Part shown: piece by piece, positions 51,001 through 63,856 of the stretch
Numbering within the stretch: the stretch's first letter is position 1
Layout: every line of letters begins with the position of its first letter
From: Botryllus schlosseri
Taxonomy: Eukaryota
Reading direction: 5' to 3'
Length of the DNA stretch: 64,000 nucleotides
Assembly (NCBI GenBank): GCA_051294905.1
Contig: CM119378.1
Location: forward strand, 3,598,001 to 3,662,000
Translations under genes and position numbers: made by a program
Notes under the pieces: generated by a model
Told to the model about the DNA's origin: nothing
Seen by the model: the letters and a program-made list of their open reading frames with translations, nothing else
Databases searched by the model: none

Positions 51001-54000
51001 TTATAAACAAGGGCCCTGTTTCAAACATGTTTGTTTTATATGGATGCTTGTTTTAAATGCAACCCTAGTCGCCACCCTGTCCGTGTAAACCAGTGGTTCC
51101 CAACCTTTTTATCGTAATTCCCCACTTCCGATTTATTCTGAGCCTTCATTCCCCACCTAAAATCTCTATATCCAATTATCCATATCTACCCTTTAAAGTG
51201 CTACCTCCAATAAAATTTTGCTAGACTATGCTTAGTAAATAGTACGTGCTATTGGTGATTGTTAAGATCCCCGGAATTGATCAACACACAATAAAATTAA
51301 CGCAGCGGTGAACTAGTAACCGAAAACGCACCTCCGTAGATTTATGTATCTACCCCGGCGCGCAGCCAACAGAAATATAGGAGGGGTTTGAAAATTGTCC
51401 AACTGTTGCGGGATAGCATCAATTTACATACGTAAGTGCCGAATATTACACGGGTCAGATAAACTTCCTGATGTTGACGAACTCATGCGTGCGATATATA
51501 TATATATAAGCCACCGTAAACTACACTTTCGCACAATACTAAAATAACTTGAAATAACATAAATATGTAATTTCATTTGTATGTGCTATCAATTAGCGAT
51601 TCCACGATCTCCCTTGAATGCATGTTCTTAAAGATGAGCTCTTATTACAACGAATCAGAATTTTTCTACCACTACGTTTCGTGACCGATGATGGTGTACA
51701 AATGAATAAATACATTTCTGGAGTTCGTGTGTTGCTATCCAGGCGATTCTCGCTAATTGGAGGTACTGATAATATAAATCGCTGAATTGCAAATGGCTAC
51801 GAAATATTCGGCCGGCATTTCAAAACGACATTTAATAAAGGAGAATATTACTGTAAAGATTTTTTCAAAAGTGATTCCGTTCCCCACCAGAAATCCCGAA
51901 ATTCCCCACCAGTGGGGAATTCCCCACCGTTTGGGAACCACTGGTGTAAACGCTGTCTTAAAAATCGAAGAAGTGGGCCATCTACAAGTCGGCATATATG
52001 GATTCATAATAAAGAGTATCGACCTTGCGTAAATGACCATTGTAGTCGATAAACAACACGAATATCAGAAACAAAGAAAATAACGCATGGGTCTATACCA
52101 GAGTTACCTCTCCATCCCAGCTCCGCGCATTTCAATTTATAATTACTGTGCTCCTGTCACCGTTTTCGGTTACCTTACTTCTATTCACCCAGTCCTGAGC
52201 GCAATGGGAAGAATGCCACGCATTGTCACTGGCTAGTAATTTATTTCATATTTCGAAAACATTCTTCGTAATCTGCAAGCTCAGAGTTTCAATTTTGATG
52301 CCTAAGTTTGTACAGAGTGAGCAGTAAACAACGGTGATCTGTGCAGCTGGCTGTATAGGCTACGACAAGCATAGCATTGTATTGTGCGACTTGACTTGAT
52401 TTAGGTTGATATGTTTATTGTTTATAGGCTTCTTGTGGCGCTGATGAGAACGGGTACTTCGTCGTCGGTTTGAATAATAATGGGCTGAACGGGGTCAGAA
52501 GGTGGATGAGTGCAGGCAACGCAGACTTCGACCTAACATTGAGCACGGATACGATAAGTCAAATTTCACGAGGTAAGAACCACTTTTTTTTATATAAAAT
52601 CCCAGGACTCGAGTAATTAGTTTCATGTACAATATGCATATTGTGAGAGTGTCCTGTCAATCAAAGTTTGTTTATTCGATAAGCGCCACGACGGATTTTA
52701 ATTCCTGGCTTGTGGGCAATTGAAATTTCAAATTTATAACGGATTTTGGATTCTTTGTTTATATGTACCACAGCATTAGTACTCACAGGTTGTGATATTA
52801 CCTCGTGAGGAATGACATCAGTCTTGGAGATTATAAGGATGAGAGAAATAAAACATGTACCATTTAAGGAAATAACAAAAATTTGATTAAATTCACAGAT
52901 GAATCCAGTGATTAAACGTCGAAATATTTATTCATTAACAACTTGCACTTGATCATGATCCAGTGAATAAACTTGAAGCTGTGAATGCTTAGTAAATTTG
53001 TTCAGTTCAATATACCTCGATTCCATAAGCTTGATTTGAACAAAAACGATGTCGTTTTAAAGTATTCCGAGCATATTTATTAATCCTAATAATCTATATA
53101 TAGGTCACCACCACGAGCCATACACAGAACACCGCACCGGCACATATTTCCATGATCTCACCATGCAGCGTAGACGCGGGTTCCTCAACAAATATTGCCA
53201 GCTCTCGCAGAATTTTGCCACGACCTTTTCTTTCATTTAGCACTATACAGGCCACGTCACGGCACTTACCGACTTGGCATATTGAAATGCTCTGCATTTG
53301 TGTCTTTGCGGCGACGTTTGCGAACAGGAACCCAGATAAACAAAGTCTTACCTGTTCTAGGACAGTCGGTCTTAAACTTGATGACCTCGCGGCCTCGCGT
53401 GCAAGAGTAGTTTGAAATGAATAAATTTTGCATTTTGTAAGTGGTGCGGTTTGTTCTTGAGAAGCTAACACCGCCCAAGGCCGCGTTGGCCTTTGCCAAT
53501 TCAGGTTTACATATACGCCACGAGCGGATTGCGAAATAAAACGTCAGTGATACGACGCTAGGAATTGAATGTTCTTGTAACAGTATTGGTATCAAGCCAC
53601 CACCTTCGAGCCACAAGGCAAGTCACTCGATTTTTGGAGGTGACTCTCGTCAAAACAAGTCAAGTCAAGTCACAAAATCATGTCGAATTTTCAATGTTCG
53701 AGGCATGATTCAAGCCATCGTATTGTGAAAGATTATTGAAGTACAGATTGATTTACTGTGACATATGACTCGAGTAACAAATTAATTACACCCTCAACGG
53801 GGCGTTGTTTGGGTCACATATCTAGGTAGAACTACTAGTACTGTGTGCCAAATAGGTAATTGACCATGAAACCTCAGAAAGTTGAAACAAATTGATATGA
53901 TGCAATACAGTGAATGTACAATCGAACTGCACATCCATACGAAATAATTTAAGCCCGTACCACTAGTTGACGAGTAATATGTGTAAAATAATATATAAGT

Positions 54001-57000
54001 CCGATTTAGATTATGCAAGAGTTTGGCAAAGATTAGCACTGAGCAGAAAGACACTCCTATAGATAGAATAGCCTACTACAAGTCTATATGATAACGTAAG
54101 CTCTAATCATTACGTTTGAGGTCAATTTATTTGCGTAAAACCAGGCTGCGTAATCTTTGAATGACTGGTTGCTCACACAGATCATATCAGGGTGTTGGAA
54201 ACACGTACGTACAGGTCCAGCGACTTGATTGACGCCGATTACTTGATGACTTGAAATTGACTCGAAAGTTTTGCTTCGAGTCACGAGTCAATCCACATTT
54301 TTAAGACTCCGAGTCAAGTCAAGTCATTTTTGCAACGTGACTCGAGTCAAGACAAGTTATCTTAAAAAGTTGACTCGAATCAAGTCATGAGTCGAGTCGT
54401 CCCATCTCTGGCTTGTAATATGCCGATGTACCTGAATGGATGTATTCGTCATAACTAATTCTTGCTGATTTTTCTTTTCAGACATCCTAAGCAACGACTA
54501 TTCCGAAAGCAATCTTGACCTCAGACCGAAAATAGAAGCTATCATTTTGCATTTGGACAGCACTGAGGAAAGTCGGTTTCCCCCAGCTTTCATCACAGGC
54601 CTAAACACACGTACGTGTCCGGCCATATTATATTAAAGGGGTACCGCGCTCTAAATATGATGTGGCCTCAAATAAAAGCTGGCAGTTTGAAAAAATTGCA
54701 GCAGCCATTTCCTTTAGACAGCCGCGTATTCAAACTGCAGCTAAAATATTTTCACGAGTAATGTTATTACACTTCATCAATCTCTGTGGTATCGAGTTCA
54801 CGCACCATCGCTTCTTAACGCTTTTGCGAAACTTCTGGCACGCATTTCTTCACTGTTTCAGTCACACGAAATTCATATTCTTAAAAAAATTTCGCAAAAA
54901 GTTTAGAAGTGATGACGCGCGACGGCGATACCACGCAGTGATTGAGGAAGTGCAATACCGCCACATCATATTTGGAGGGCAGTTCCGCTTTACCACTTGT
55001 CTCGTTCGTAGATTACTTATTTTTGAAATGATGTTTCGAGGTAGGCCGGGTTCGACTCTTAATAATGCTGGAGACTTGGGAATTTCTGTTTCCTCGTCGC
55101 CGGTGGAGATGCTTCCACATTGACAATTCAATGAGCTCGTATTATAAAGGGATTATGCTCGACGCAATGTACCGAATTGGTTTTCAGATGTAAGTTTGGG
55201 TAAAAATGTTGTCCTCCATGGATTATAAGTAGGTGGATGGCTTTTAGGCAGGGAGGTGTGATACTTCGGCTTGTTTTGGTGTGTCATGAAGTGTTTGACG
55301 AACGCATCCATACCATTAGAACCAGTACTATATGACTCTTAATAATGCGCTCATATATATACTATATATACTATGTATACTATAACAGCAAATATTACTT
55401 TACTATTGATAATGTAACTATAATATGATAATAAAAAATAATATATATGTTTCAGTCAGAAAACGAGTGTTCATGGAAATGGCCGAGTTGTATTATTATC
55501 AAAACCATAAATAACCTGATTGAGCGCTTTGGGCACATCGATCAGAAGCCTTCAAATCTATTAGTAACCCACAAAATACCGGCTTGCGAGTAGTAAGTTT
55601 ACTCTACCGAGGACATAATAGTGATGATACGATTGTTCTCAGTAGGTCTAACTTGTCCTCTGACGTGTATGCGGTAGATTTTGCGATCGTGATCGTGATG
55701 CCACAGCGTGTGAATGATGCCTGGAAGTTCATGCGGTTGTTGAGGGCTAGCTGATCCCGACCAATCGTGACTGGTACCGTGTTCTGTTGCCGTGACTTAC
55801 CCGGTTGAAACAACCAGCTCTCATTTCGAAATGGTTTGAAGAGCTTAACTTTGTTCCTGTTTTTCAATCTGCTCCAACAGATCGACGCAACAGACGCTCG
55901 TTCCGACCGGAAGCAACTGATTGTGGAAGGAAGCCTTACATCGTGAGCTTCAAACATAACAGGGTGAGAACTTAAATCTCATCGGGCATTCAATGAGGCG
56001 GTAGTAACGGAGCGTGTTTTTAGGTAACTTTCACTCCTGTACTGGAACCTGGAACACTTTTTGACAAAACTACTTCCTTTTTAGACTTTGAATAATGAAA
56101 AGTAGAAAGTAGTTTTGTGATGAGTCGGCATCGCTTTATGCGTGAAATTGTCATAAGAACCACGCGAATTAGCCTGTGTGTTACTGCAAGTGAATATATT
56201 TTGGAAGATTGTACCTATATTTAGAGACATTAGTCATTTTGAATTAGTCGTGACGATGCATCTTGCCATTGCGAAAGTAGCCTATTTACATCAGATTACC
56301 AACTAAAAGTGTGCGGCTCCTCTACCGAATCTACTTCTCGAAACTAGTTACTATTTATATTTTCTACTTCCATTTGTAGTAGTTTTGACATGTTATGGTA
56401 TTACTAATTGAGTAGAACTTTGCGGCTTTACATCTAATTCTGCTTCAAGTATAAACTCTTACTTCTTTGACCACCCTTGGACGGTACTGTATTTAAGAAA
56501 GTGGTAACACCGGAGAGAGCAGACATCGGGATATGCCATGGAAGCTGTGATCGTGCGAGATGGCCTGATGCAGCGGACGCCCTGAACGCAACTGGACACA
56601 CTATGAAAATGCTATGGGTAGGTTATATTCACAATATGCCTACGCGGCATGTTCCATTAATGAAGGAGCATTCCTATTGATTATAAAAATTTCAACCCAT
56701 GATCAGAGCCATTGTATTTTCCGAGTTTTCAGTTTCGTCGTCAAGTCTGATTTACTTTTGTTCCGCGTCGACTTCTCATTACAGTCCAGAACCGATAAGT
56801 AGTCTGGGACTTATCTCCGTACACAGACACACACGGAGGCTTCATTTTGTTGTTTCTTTCCACATAAAAATTTCAAGTAGCGGGTTATGTGATGCATACT
56901 ACCGCAGCTAGAGTGTTGCGGAAACGTAACATATTTAGACTGCGCTTTCAACATCAAAAATAATACCACTAGTCATAGGTGACATTTCGAAGCTAGCCCC

Positions 57001-57368
57001 GAGGGCAACGTCGGCGTGACTTGATAAATTGATTTCATCTTTGAATTCAGTCTATACAATGACGTGATGTCGACATATTCCTTCATAATTGCTTGTTTAT
57101 GCTTCGTCTGGATGAAAATTGAAGCTCGGTATTGGTTGTGCCGATAATCACGAATTATAATTTAATTAATAACGGATTTTGTTCATAATTCGCTCTATAT
57201 TTACAGAACAAATTCGGTGGGGTCAGAAAGTTCGGTAACCCGGAACCAAAGGCGTGTTGCTATCCAAACGCGTACGCTAGATTTCACTTCTTGACCTATG
57301 ACGAGCGCGACAATCTGCTGGCTGACGTCGTGGACGATATGATCGCAATCAGCTGCGCCTGTCGTTAA
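45066..57368 (+). CDS. Divergent TGF-beta superfamily ligand precursor (multi-exon; possibly frameshifted)
   Basis: Phase-consistent GT-AG exons 45066-45187 (signal peptide MQAQAIVVSVVVLCCFPVTYG), 46015-46061, 48040-48063, 48635-48721, 49066-49276, 49898-50030, 52428-52572 and 54482-54610, then an unresolved junction, then ~56498-56617 and 57207-57368. Mature-domain motifs CHGSC, NATGH, ACCYP and MIAISCACR*. Confidence 0.8.
47690..47872 (-). mobile_element. Degenerate tRNA-derived SINE related to 35815-36100, inside a hAT remnant (~46830-47953)
   Basis: Minus strand has A box TAGCGTAGTGG and shared body motifs GGAGGTTCATCTGGGTTCCTC and AAGCCTAGAA. Confidence 0.6.
50492..51067. mobile_element. 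hAT MITE, TAGGGTTGCATTTAAAAC family (intronic)
   Basis: TIR TAGGGTTG(T/C)ATTTAAAACAA; perfect TSD GTCGCCAC. Confidence 0.92.
51091..51943. mobile_element. hAT MITE, CAGTGGTTCCCAA family (intronic)
   Basis: TIR CAGTGGTTCCCAA; perfect TSD GTGTAAAC. Confidence 0.92.
56477..56617 (+). CDS. TGF-beta cystine-knot exon (CxGxC region); 5' boundary uncertain
   Basis: KVVTPERADIGICHGSC...LNATGHTMKMLW followed by a phase-0 GTAGGT donor. Confidence 0.85.
57207..57368 (+). CDS. TGF-beta terminal exon (CC and CxC)
   Basis: TTTACAG acceptor, then NKFGGVRKFGNPEPKACCYPNAYARFHFLTYDERDNLLADVVDDMIAISCACR*. Confidence 0.92.
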   Translation, partial: NKFGGVRKFGNPEPKACCYPNAYARFHFLTYDERDNLLADVVDDMIAISCACR

Positions 57369-60300
57369 CCCGCAATCACGGGCTAATGACAGAGTAGCAC
57401 CATACACGACACGCACCGTCGTTCGATGGGAATCTCGTTGTACAAATACTCTTGCATTCCATTCTAATGTTCTGAAAAATCAAATGGCATCGAATTAACT
57501 CTGACGAATAAAAGGAATTCCTCCGAATTCGTGTAGTCGATTGACGCGTATGGAAAGAGGCCTCCAATGTATGTGTTGGTCTAGTTTGTAAATGAACGCA
57601 ATGGACAAGTTGGACTACTAGAAAAACTCAGCTTTTCCAAATTAGATCAGAATTGGAGTTATAACTGCACAGTTTTTTTTTCAGATTAGATTAGAATTAC
57701 AATTACTGAATCCGCAAAAACGATTAAATTCTACATAGAAAGAAATAAAACTAAAATCAAATTCATCATATAAATTCATACCCAATCCGATTCTGTTCTC
57801 GTTAGTGTGGTAAACGTCTGTGCACCAAACTTGGCTCTTTCGCACTATACAGCTCTCCTGTAGCCTTTTCAGGGAAACCTGAAACTAGATTAGAATAAAG
57901 ACGAGAGCATGGAAACATTTCCACAAATTCAATTAGAATTAGATCGCCGACATTTCACTGTAATTACTAATTAGTCTAATGAGACAACTAGAATTCACTA
58001 GCTGCCAAGGTCTGGACAAGGCCATATATCTCATGGGTATGGATTCAGGTGGTAAACCGTATTGACGTCACATAGTTAGTTTTAGAAAACCATGGCGTCA
58101 TCAGTAGTGAAATTGTTTGCGCCGAATGTCAGGGATGTCCCCGGCCGAATGTTCAGCCAAGAGGTTCACCAATATCGCATCACGACCCAAATTTTAACTC
58201 TATCTTGAGACTTTCCAGCCGCGGAACATTTCGAATATGCGGCGAAGTTTCGCATCTGGATAACAACGAACTATTATAGTGTTGCTGCATTGCAGTGAGG
58301 TATTACAAATTTATTACTTGAAGAATAGGACAAGAAGCTGCCTTTATCTGTTCGAATTAACATGTTTAAAGTGAGAAAAATGACTATATATTTAGTTGAA
58401 CATGACTTGAACTCATGACTGTGCTACAGTATACATGTACACTATTATGACTAAGACTGGAGACTAAACACTATGACTCGGACTCGATTCCTTGCACCAG
58501 GATGTGGACTGCGGCTTCACTCAGTGGTGAATTGAAAATGAATAGACTTAACTCGAGTCAAAAGTATGAATGTGAAACTGACTTTTAACTCGGTTACAAG
58601 CTTACAACGCTGGCTCCAGGTAAAGGCTTTATCATCGCGAAATTTCTGGGGCAGTCCGACTATACCGGGAGTAATATAGGGGCGCTTGCAGGCCCAATAA
58701 AATTGACCAGCCAGTAACTTTAATACATCCTATGATAAGATATTCCCTTCGATAATATCTTTAGGGCTCATGTCACGAACGGTGCCGGGCGCACTTGGAA
58801 TATAGACTCTGACTGAGGGACTATTTTATGCAGACAGTGGCGTAGAAAATAAGACAAAAGTGATTGAATAGCGGAAACTGGAAACAATCAATCCTGATTC
58901 TTGGTTATTGCGTATTGTAAATTCGAGAATGAACTATCTATAAATCGAACTAAATTCACACATAGCTGTGCAGTGTGCACGTACTCGTACATTTTTGAAT
59001 GCATGAATGTCGGTAGCGAAAGTTAATGAGCTCGAGGATCACAATCCAGACTTTGAATGAAGTAATGGTAACAGCATTATATCTCCTAACGCCGCAATGA
59101 AAATATGATGTTATTGCGTTTTGGATAATGATTTTGTCCCACAAGTATTATACACGATTGTACTTAGGCCTACACTGTACACACTACACATTAATAACCT
59201 TATGCTAAACTAAATATGATAGATCGTAGATATGCCACTTATAATAAATTTTGCTTCAGTAGTTAAAAGGCAACAGTGCATCACTTAGCAGGTATGAAAA
59301 AGTCATCAAATACACGAGGCAAACTATTGGAAAAATATTTGCGTATAACTTTTGATACTTCGAAGCGATATAGTTCGTCCACTCGCTACCCATGTGCATA
59401 CCATGCAGTTGCATGTTATTTCTGGATGCACGGCGACTTTCCTGGAGTGATACTAGCATTTAAGTCTTAAATCGTTTTAAATTGTAAGACAACGATTCCA
59501 AAGAGTTGCCCTATGAACATGACTTTCTGCGACCTGGGTGTAACGAAGATCCATCGGATCACACCGAGGCCTCACATGGTGAAACAGTCTCTCGAGACTC
59601 TGGCGTTACAATAACAGCGATCTGCATCGACAATGGCGAACCAAAGTACATACATTTACGACATTATTATCTTACTAATCGAATATAATTAATTTTCGAG
59701 CGTGAAATTGACCTGACGAACATGATGTCGAAAAAAAAACAGATTGCAAGGACAATTTATGCCTGACATAACAACGGAGGCCCAGTAAAACCAGGCTCCA
59801 CAATCGTTGAATCACTGATTGTTCACAACGAGGTGTCGAAAACTTGTACAGGTACAGTATGTGCACTGTGCACTTTTGCGCAGTGATTTAGTCGGCACCG
59901 ATTACTTGGCGACTTGCGTCACGAGTCAATCCACATTGCTAAAATTCCGTGTCCAAGTCTAGTCAGTTTTGCAAGGTGATTCTAGTCAAGTATTGGGAAA
60001 AAGTTGACTCTAGTCGTCGCAACACTGGTGGAGGCAATTTGGGACAGTAACGAGCATGTCACATATCGTACAAACTAGATCATTATATCAAGCTTTGACT
60101 TGTTATAATTTTCAACAGATGCCCCTCTTTCATCACTGCATCTGCAAACCTTTTAAACCACAGTCTAAATTGATAATTGGAAATATGTTAAGCTTTGGCT
60201 TCGAGTGTGATGAGTGAAGACGAACCAGCGTAGTGCACGCTGATATATCATCTATTCACTCACGTGTTTTCGGTCATGAACTGTTGGAGACTTTAAGAAA

Positions 60301-61789
60301 AAGGCACCGATGTAACAATAAAAATAGGTGTAATGAGAAAGAGAGAGCTGTTGACGAAGAACCAAGTATGGCGCTCAAAGAATGTAATTTACAGTACTAG
60401 ATCTCGAATCAATTCTAATCTTTACCGGTTCAGCGAAAATATCCAGCACTTCGCGTCAATCGCTATATAACATTCTACTATAGTGAAATTACCTATTGCA
60501 ACACCTTGCATAGAACTTGTAAAGTTAGAGGTGTGTATCTATATCACTGCGTTTTTGGTACTGCGAATATATAGAGTTACAGACTCACATTATATATGAT
60601 GGAATCTAGTCAGCAATTTGAATTTGAGAACATGAGACTCCGGGGATTTTTCAAAATACTTTGAAATTGGTGAAACAAATCAACAATCGGAACATCAGAG
60701 ATGAGTGGATTGAATTCTATTTTATTCATATCCAAATCTAAGTCAATATTCGGTACTGACGCCTTCTTACAGAATCATCAAATTATCATGTAAGCATCCA
60801 CAATAACAAGCGAGCAAGAGCGAGTGAGTGACAAAACAAGGAACAATTTCAAACAAGAAAGAAAGCAGATTTCAGTTGGTGGCACGGTCTGGAAAAGGAG
60901 CGTGTGGCGGTGAAGAGAGTATCACTTTTCTGATATTCACAAAACCGGAGATTACATGAACCGTGTCGAGAACAATAGATTTTCTAATCAAATATGACAT
61001 CCTAAAATTATGAGATTATTGCACGTACAAGTACAACGCGCGCGCGTCCTCGAAGAACAACTACGATTTGATCAGGACGCAATACAAGAAAACGCATCGC
61101 TCTATGAAGTATGCCGGACCTGGAATAGAAATCTTCGGTATTCGGGAAATCGCCGAATCTTTTTTACGATCGGTATTCCGTGCAATCTTATCACACGATA
61201 AAAAAAAAATATTCGGGAATTCGGACATATATCTTTGGCAAACCGCGAACACTCAATGTCATTCGTGTTCGTACGATCGTCATCCGGGATAGAGAGGGAG
61301 AGAGAGAGAAAGACTCTTTATTTCCATCCAACCAAAATACATAACACAGTATCAACACACTCTAAACATACCCCAGACTTGATGTCCGGGCTGCAACACA
61401 GTACCAACACACTTGATGTCCGGTCAGGCCTAGACTGTTAAAGCGTAAGCTTATATTCCCTTGCAAATCCTCGTCGAAATTGTTGGCAAAGCGACGGCAG
61501 ATATTGATTTTATGAGATTATTATGGCATTTGATTGGTTCAGTTGATACATTTGACAACGTTTAAAATGTCAGTATATGTACTTCAGCATTGTGGCATTA
61601 TGTGGCCCGAGTCGTCGCTAGGTATCGTGTACATTAGTACATATCACTTCACTGTAATGTAGGTTGACGTAGGTTGACACGTGTCGTCATGAGGTTCACG
61701 TTCGCGTTCACACAGCACCTTTCAAAAAGGTTCGCGCTCACACAAACCTGGACCTTTCAGAGGTCCACACCATCCCTAATAAACAGGTT

Positions 61790-62670
61790 TGTTTCGGGAA
61801 AACTTTTCTTCGTGAATATTCGCACTTTGGAAGATGTCAAGAACGGAAATATTTTGACTTGAACGAATGGAGCGATAAAGAAGACGTTACTGAATTTAGA
61901 ATGAGTAAATATGAAATCCAATATTTTAGTTCATGTACCAGCAGTAAAGAATAGCATGGAGCCATTAGGTCATCGTTCGGCAGACCTAACCTTACAGCAC
62001 AAATAAGTCCTGTCATCTCTAAAACGCTCGGTTCAGGAAGATTTCAGAATTGCAGCAAAGATTTCTCGAAAGCACTCCAGTATCCCTAATTGCTGACGAG
62101 TTTGCTTATTGGAATGAAAAAAAAAACCACTCAATCAACATCCAGAGAATTTATGATGCGAACCTTATTTTATCGATGTTGTAGCAAAATGGCCTGGATC
62201 AACCCATGACTCTTTCATACTTCAAAATTCAAGAATTTGTGATGATTTCGAAAGAGGGAAATTTGGAGATAGTTGACTTTTGGGGGATAGTAGTTTAGTA
62301 ACCCGTTGAAGAACTCGGTTATGACTCCTACAGTCGGCGCAAACATGGAGGCAGAGAAATACAATAGGTTACACCGCAAAACACGTTGCCTAGTAAAAAG
62401 AACATTTGGTGTGTTAAAAAGTATATGGAAGATTTTAGACCATAGCCTACTGGAGGAAGTATGTGCTACTCTCCTGCGAAATCTGCAAAGATTACGGTGA
62501 CATGCTGCTTGCTACACAACATCTGCCGTAGAAATGGAACGCCACTACCTAACTGTTATCCGGATTTAATTTATCCCTGGGATGTTGAAGACCACGAAGT
62601 AACTCTAGCCACAACTCCTACTGCATTGAGGAAAAGGAAGAAAATATTGGAACTATGTAAAAAACGTTGA
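61790..62670 (+). pseudogene. PIF/Harbinger DDE transposase (HARBI1-like), degraded
   Basis: Frameshifted pieces HSINIQ, FIDVVAKWPGSTHDSFILQNS, LLGDS, EKYNRLHRKTRCLVKRTFGVLKSIWKIL, YSPAKSAKITVTCCLLHNIC. Confidence 0.9.
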
Positions 62671-63022
62671 TATTTATTGCTATTACATATCAAAATTGTA
62701 ATATAAAGCCTGTTGTATTACTTGCTTAGTTGCTAGGTGGTCCATAGACGTCAGAGGGTCCACGCTCCGCGACATAATCTCGTTGTGCCTTTTGAACTCG
62801 ACCAAAATCGTATTAGTCGTACCGAGTTCCTCGTGATTTCATTTTATACAATCTTTATTCTCCAGTTCAGTCCTTACAAATTCTCCCCCTTGCTGTTCGC
62901 GTCGGCTTAGTTTGACTCCATTGGCTGACGGGCGATCGTCATCTGCTGGAGTGGTTCTATTTTTCTGGACTTTGGACTCGTTAGCGTCAATGGCGTGCTG
63001 GTATTCAAATTAACATATGGAG

Positions 63023-63300
63023 TCAGTTCGGGCAGTTTTGTGTACCTGGGATACCTTCTGTGAAAAAAGCTACAACGAAGCTTGCTATTCTGAAACGCAA
63101 TTCCAAAAAGATAGTAGCTTCATTTTTACCACCCCCAGTCTTGCATAGTTTTTTTTGTATTCCGCCACAAATTTCTTTGCCAGAGACTTGAAATTGAACC
63201 ATTTTTTTACTTTTTCTACCTCCAACTTTGATCCAAATCCAGCGACATTCATAGTTTCGGTAATTTCCTCCCAACTTCCGTCAACCATAGCTTTTATTAC
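63023..63300 (-). pseudogene. Myb/SANT-like DNA-binding protein of the Harbinger element, degraded
   Basis: WEEITETMNVAG...EVEKVKKWFNFKSLAKK matches the trihelix W...N...KKW.N.K pattern; convergent with the transposase. Confidence 0.8.
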
Positions 63301-63429
63301 GAATTGGAGATGGAATTATGGTTTCTATCTGCCTTTTCGACGAGCAAATCAACCTCTTCCGTACATCCCCGCCTTGGCATATTGCTGACTTCTTGTCAAG
63401 ATTATTACGCTCATCCGACTACCTAAATC

Positions 63430-63845
63430 ACCACAACTGTCCGGGAGTGACAATATGTCAACGTTAACCGTATGAAAGCGTTCCGAAGGGACTGTAAGAT
63501 TATTGATTGTAGTTCGAGTATGCCTATGAATCTTCGATCGTTGACACTGCTGACAATGATGGACGAAATCGTTTACATGACGTTTCGTGCCGGGCTATGC
63601 ATAACGTTCAGCGATGAATTTAGTTGTCGCGCGTATACCGGCCCGCTGGGGTGCGAAATATCATGCACACTGTGCATCACAGTCTCTCGTGCAGGAACGT
63701 AAGGACGTTCTCTACTAGGTAACGACTTGTCGAAGACGATAGGATCGTTCAACTCTTCTAAATGCACTTCCACAAGACGCCAGGAGTGGTCATCGGCGTT
63801 GGCGAGGAGTTCTTTGAGCTCATCGACGTCTTTCTGGGCTTCTAT
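63430..63845 (-). pseudogene. Fragment of a second Gypsy integrase (H2C2 zinc-binding region, CsRn1-like)
   Basis: RPYVP...SVHDISHPSG, then in a shifted frame VNDFVHHCQQCQRSKIHRHTRT...PSERFHTVNVDI. Confidence 0.8.
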
Positions 63846-63856
63846 AGACTATAGTC

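Noticed and set aside
53094..53616. Overlapping 70-125 aa ORFs in a GC-richer intron segment
   Set aside because: No recognisable domain or consistent splice sites; likely a repeat remnant.
55604..55957. Minus-strand ORF faintly like the C-terminus of an I-group LINE
   Set aside because: Only weak motif resemblance; cannot be supported without a profile search.
61010..61200. RT.Y...SMKYAGP..WN pattern like a CR1/L2-group LINE tail
   Set aside because: Needs a frameshift, and no RT core is recognisable nearby.
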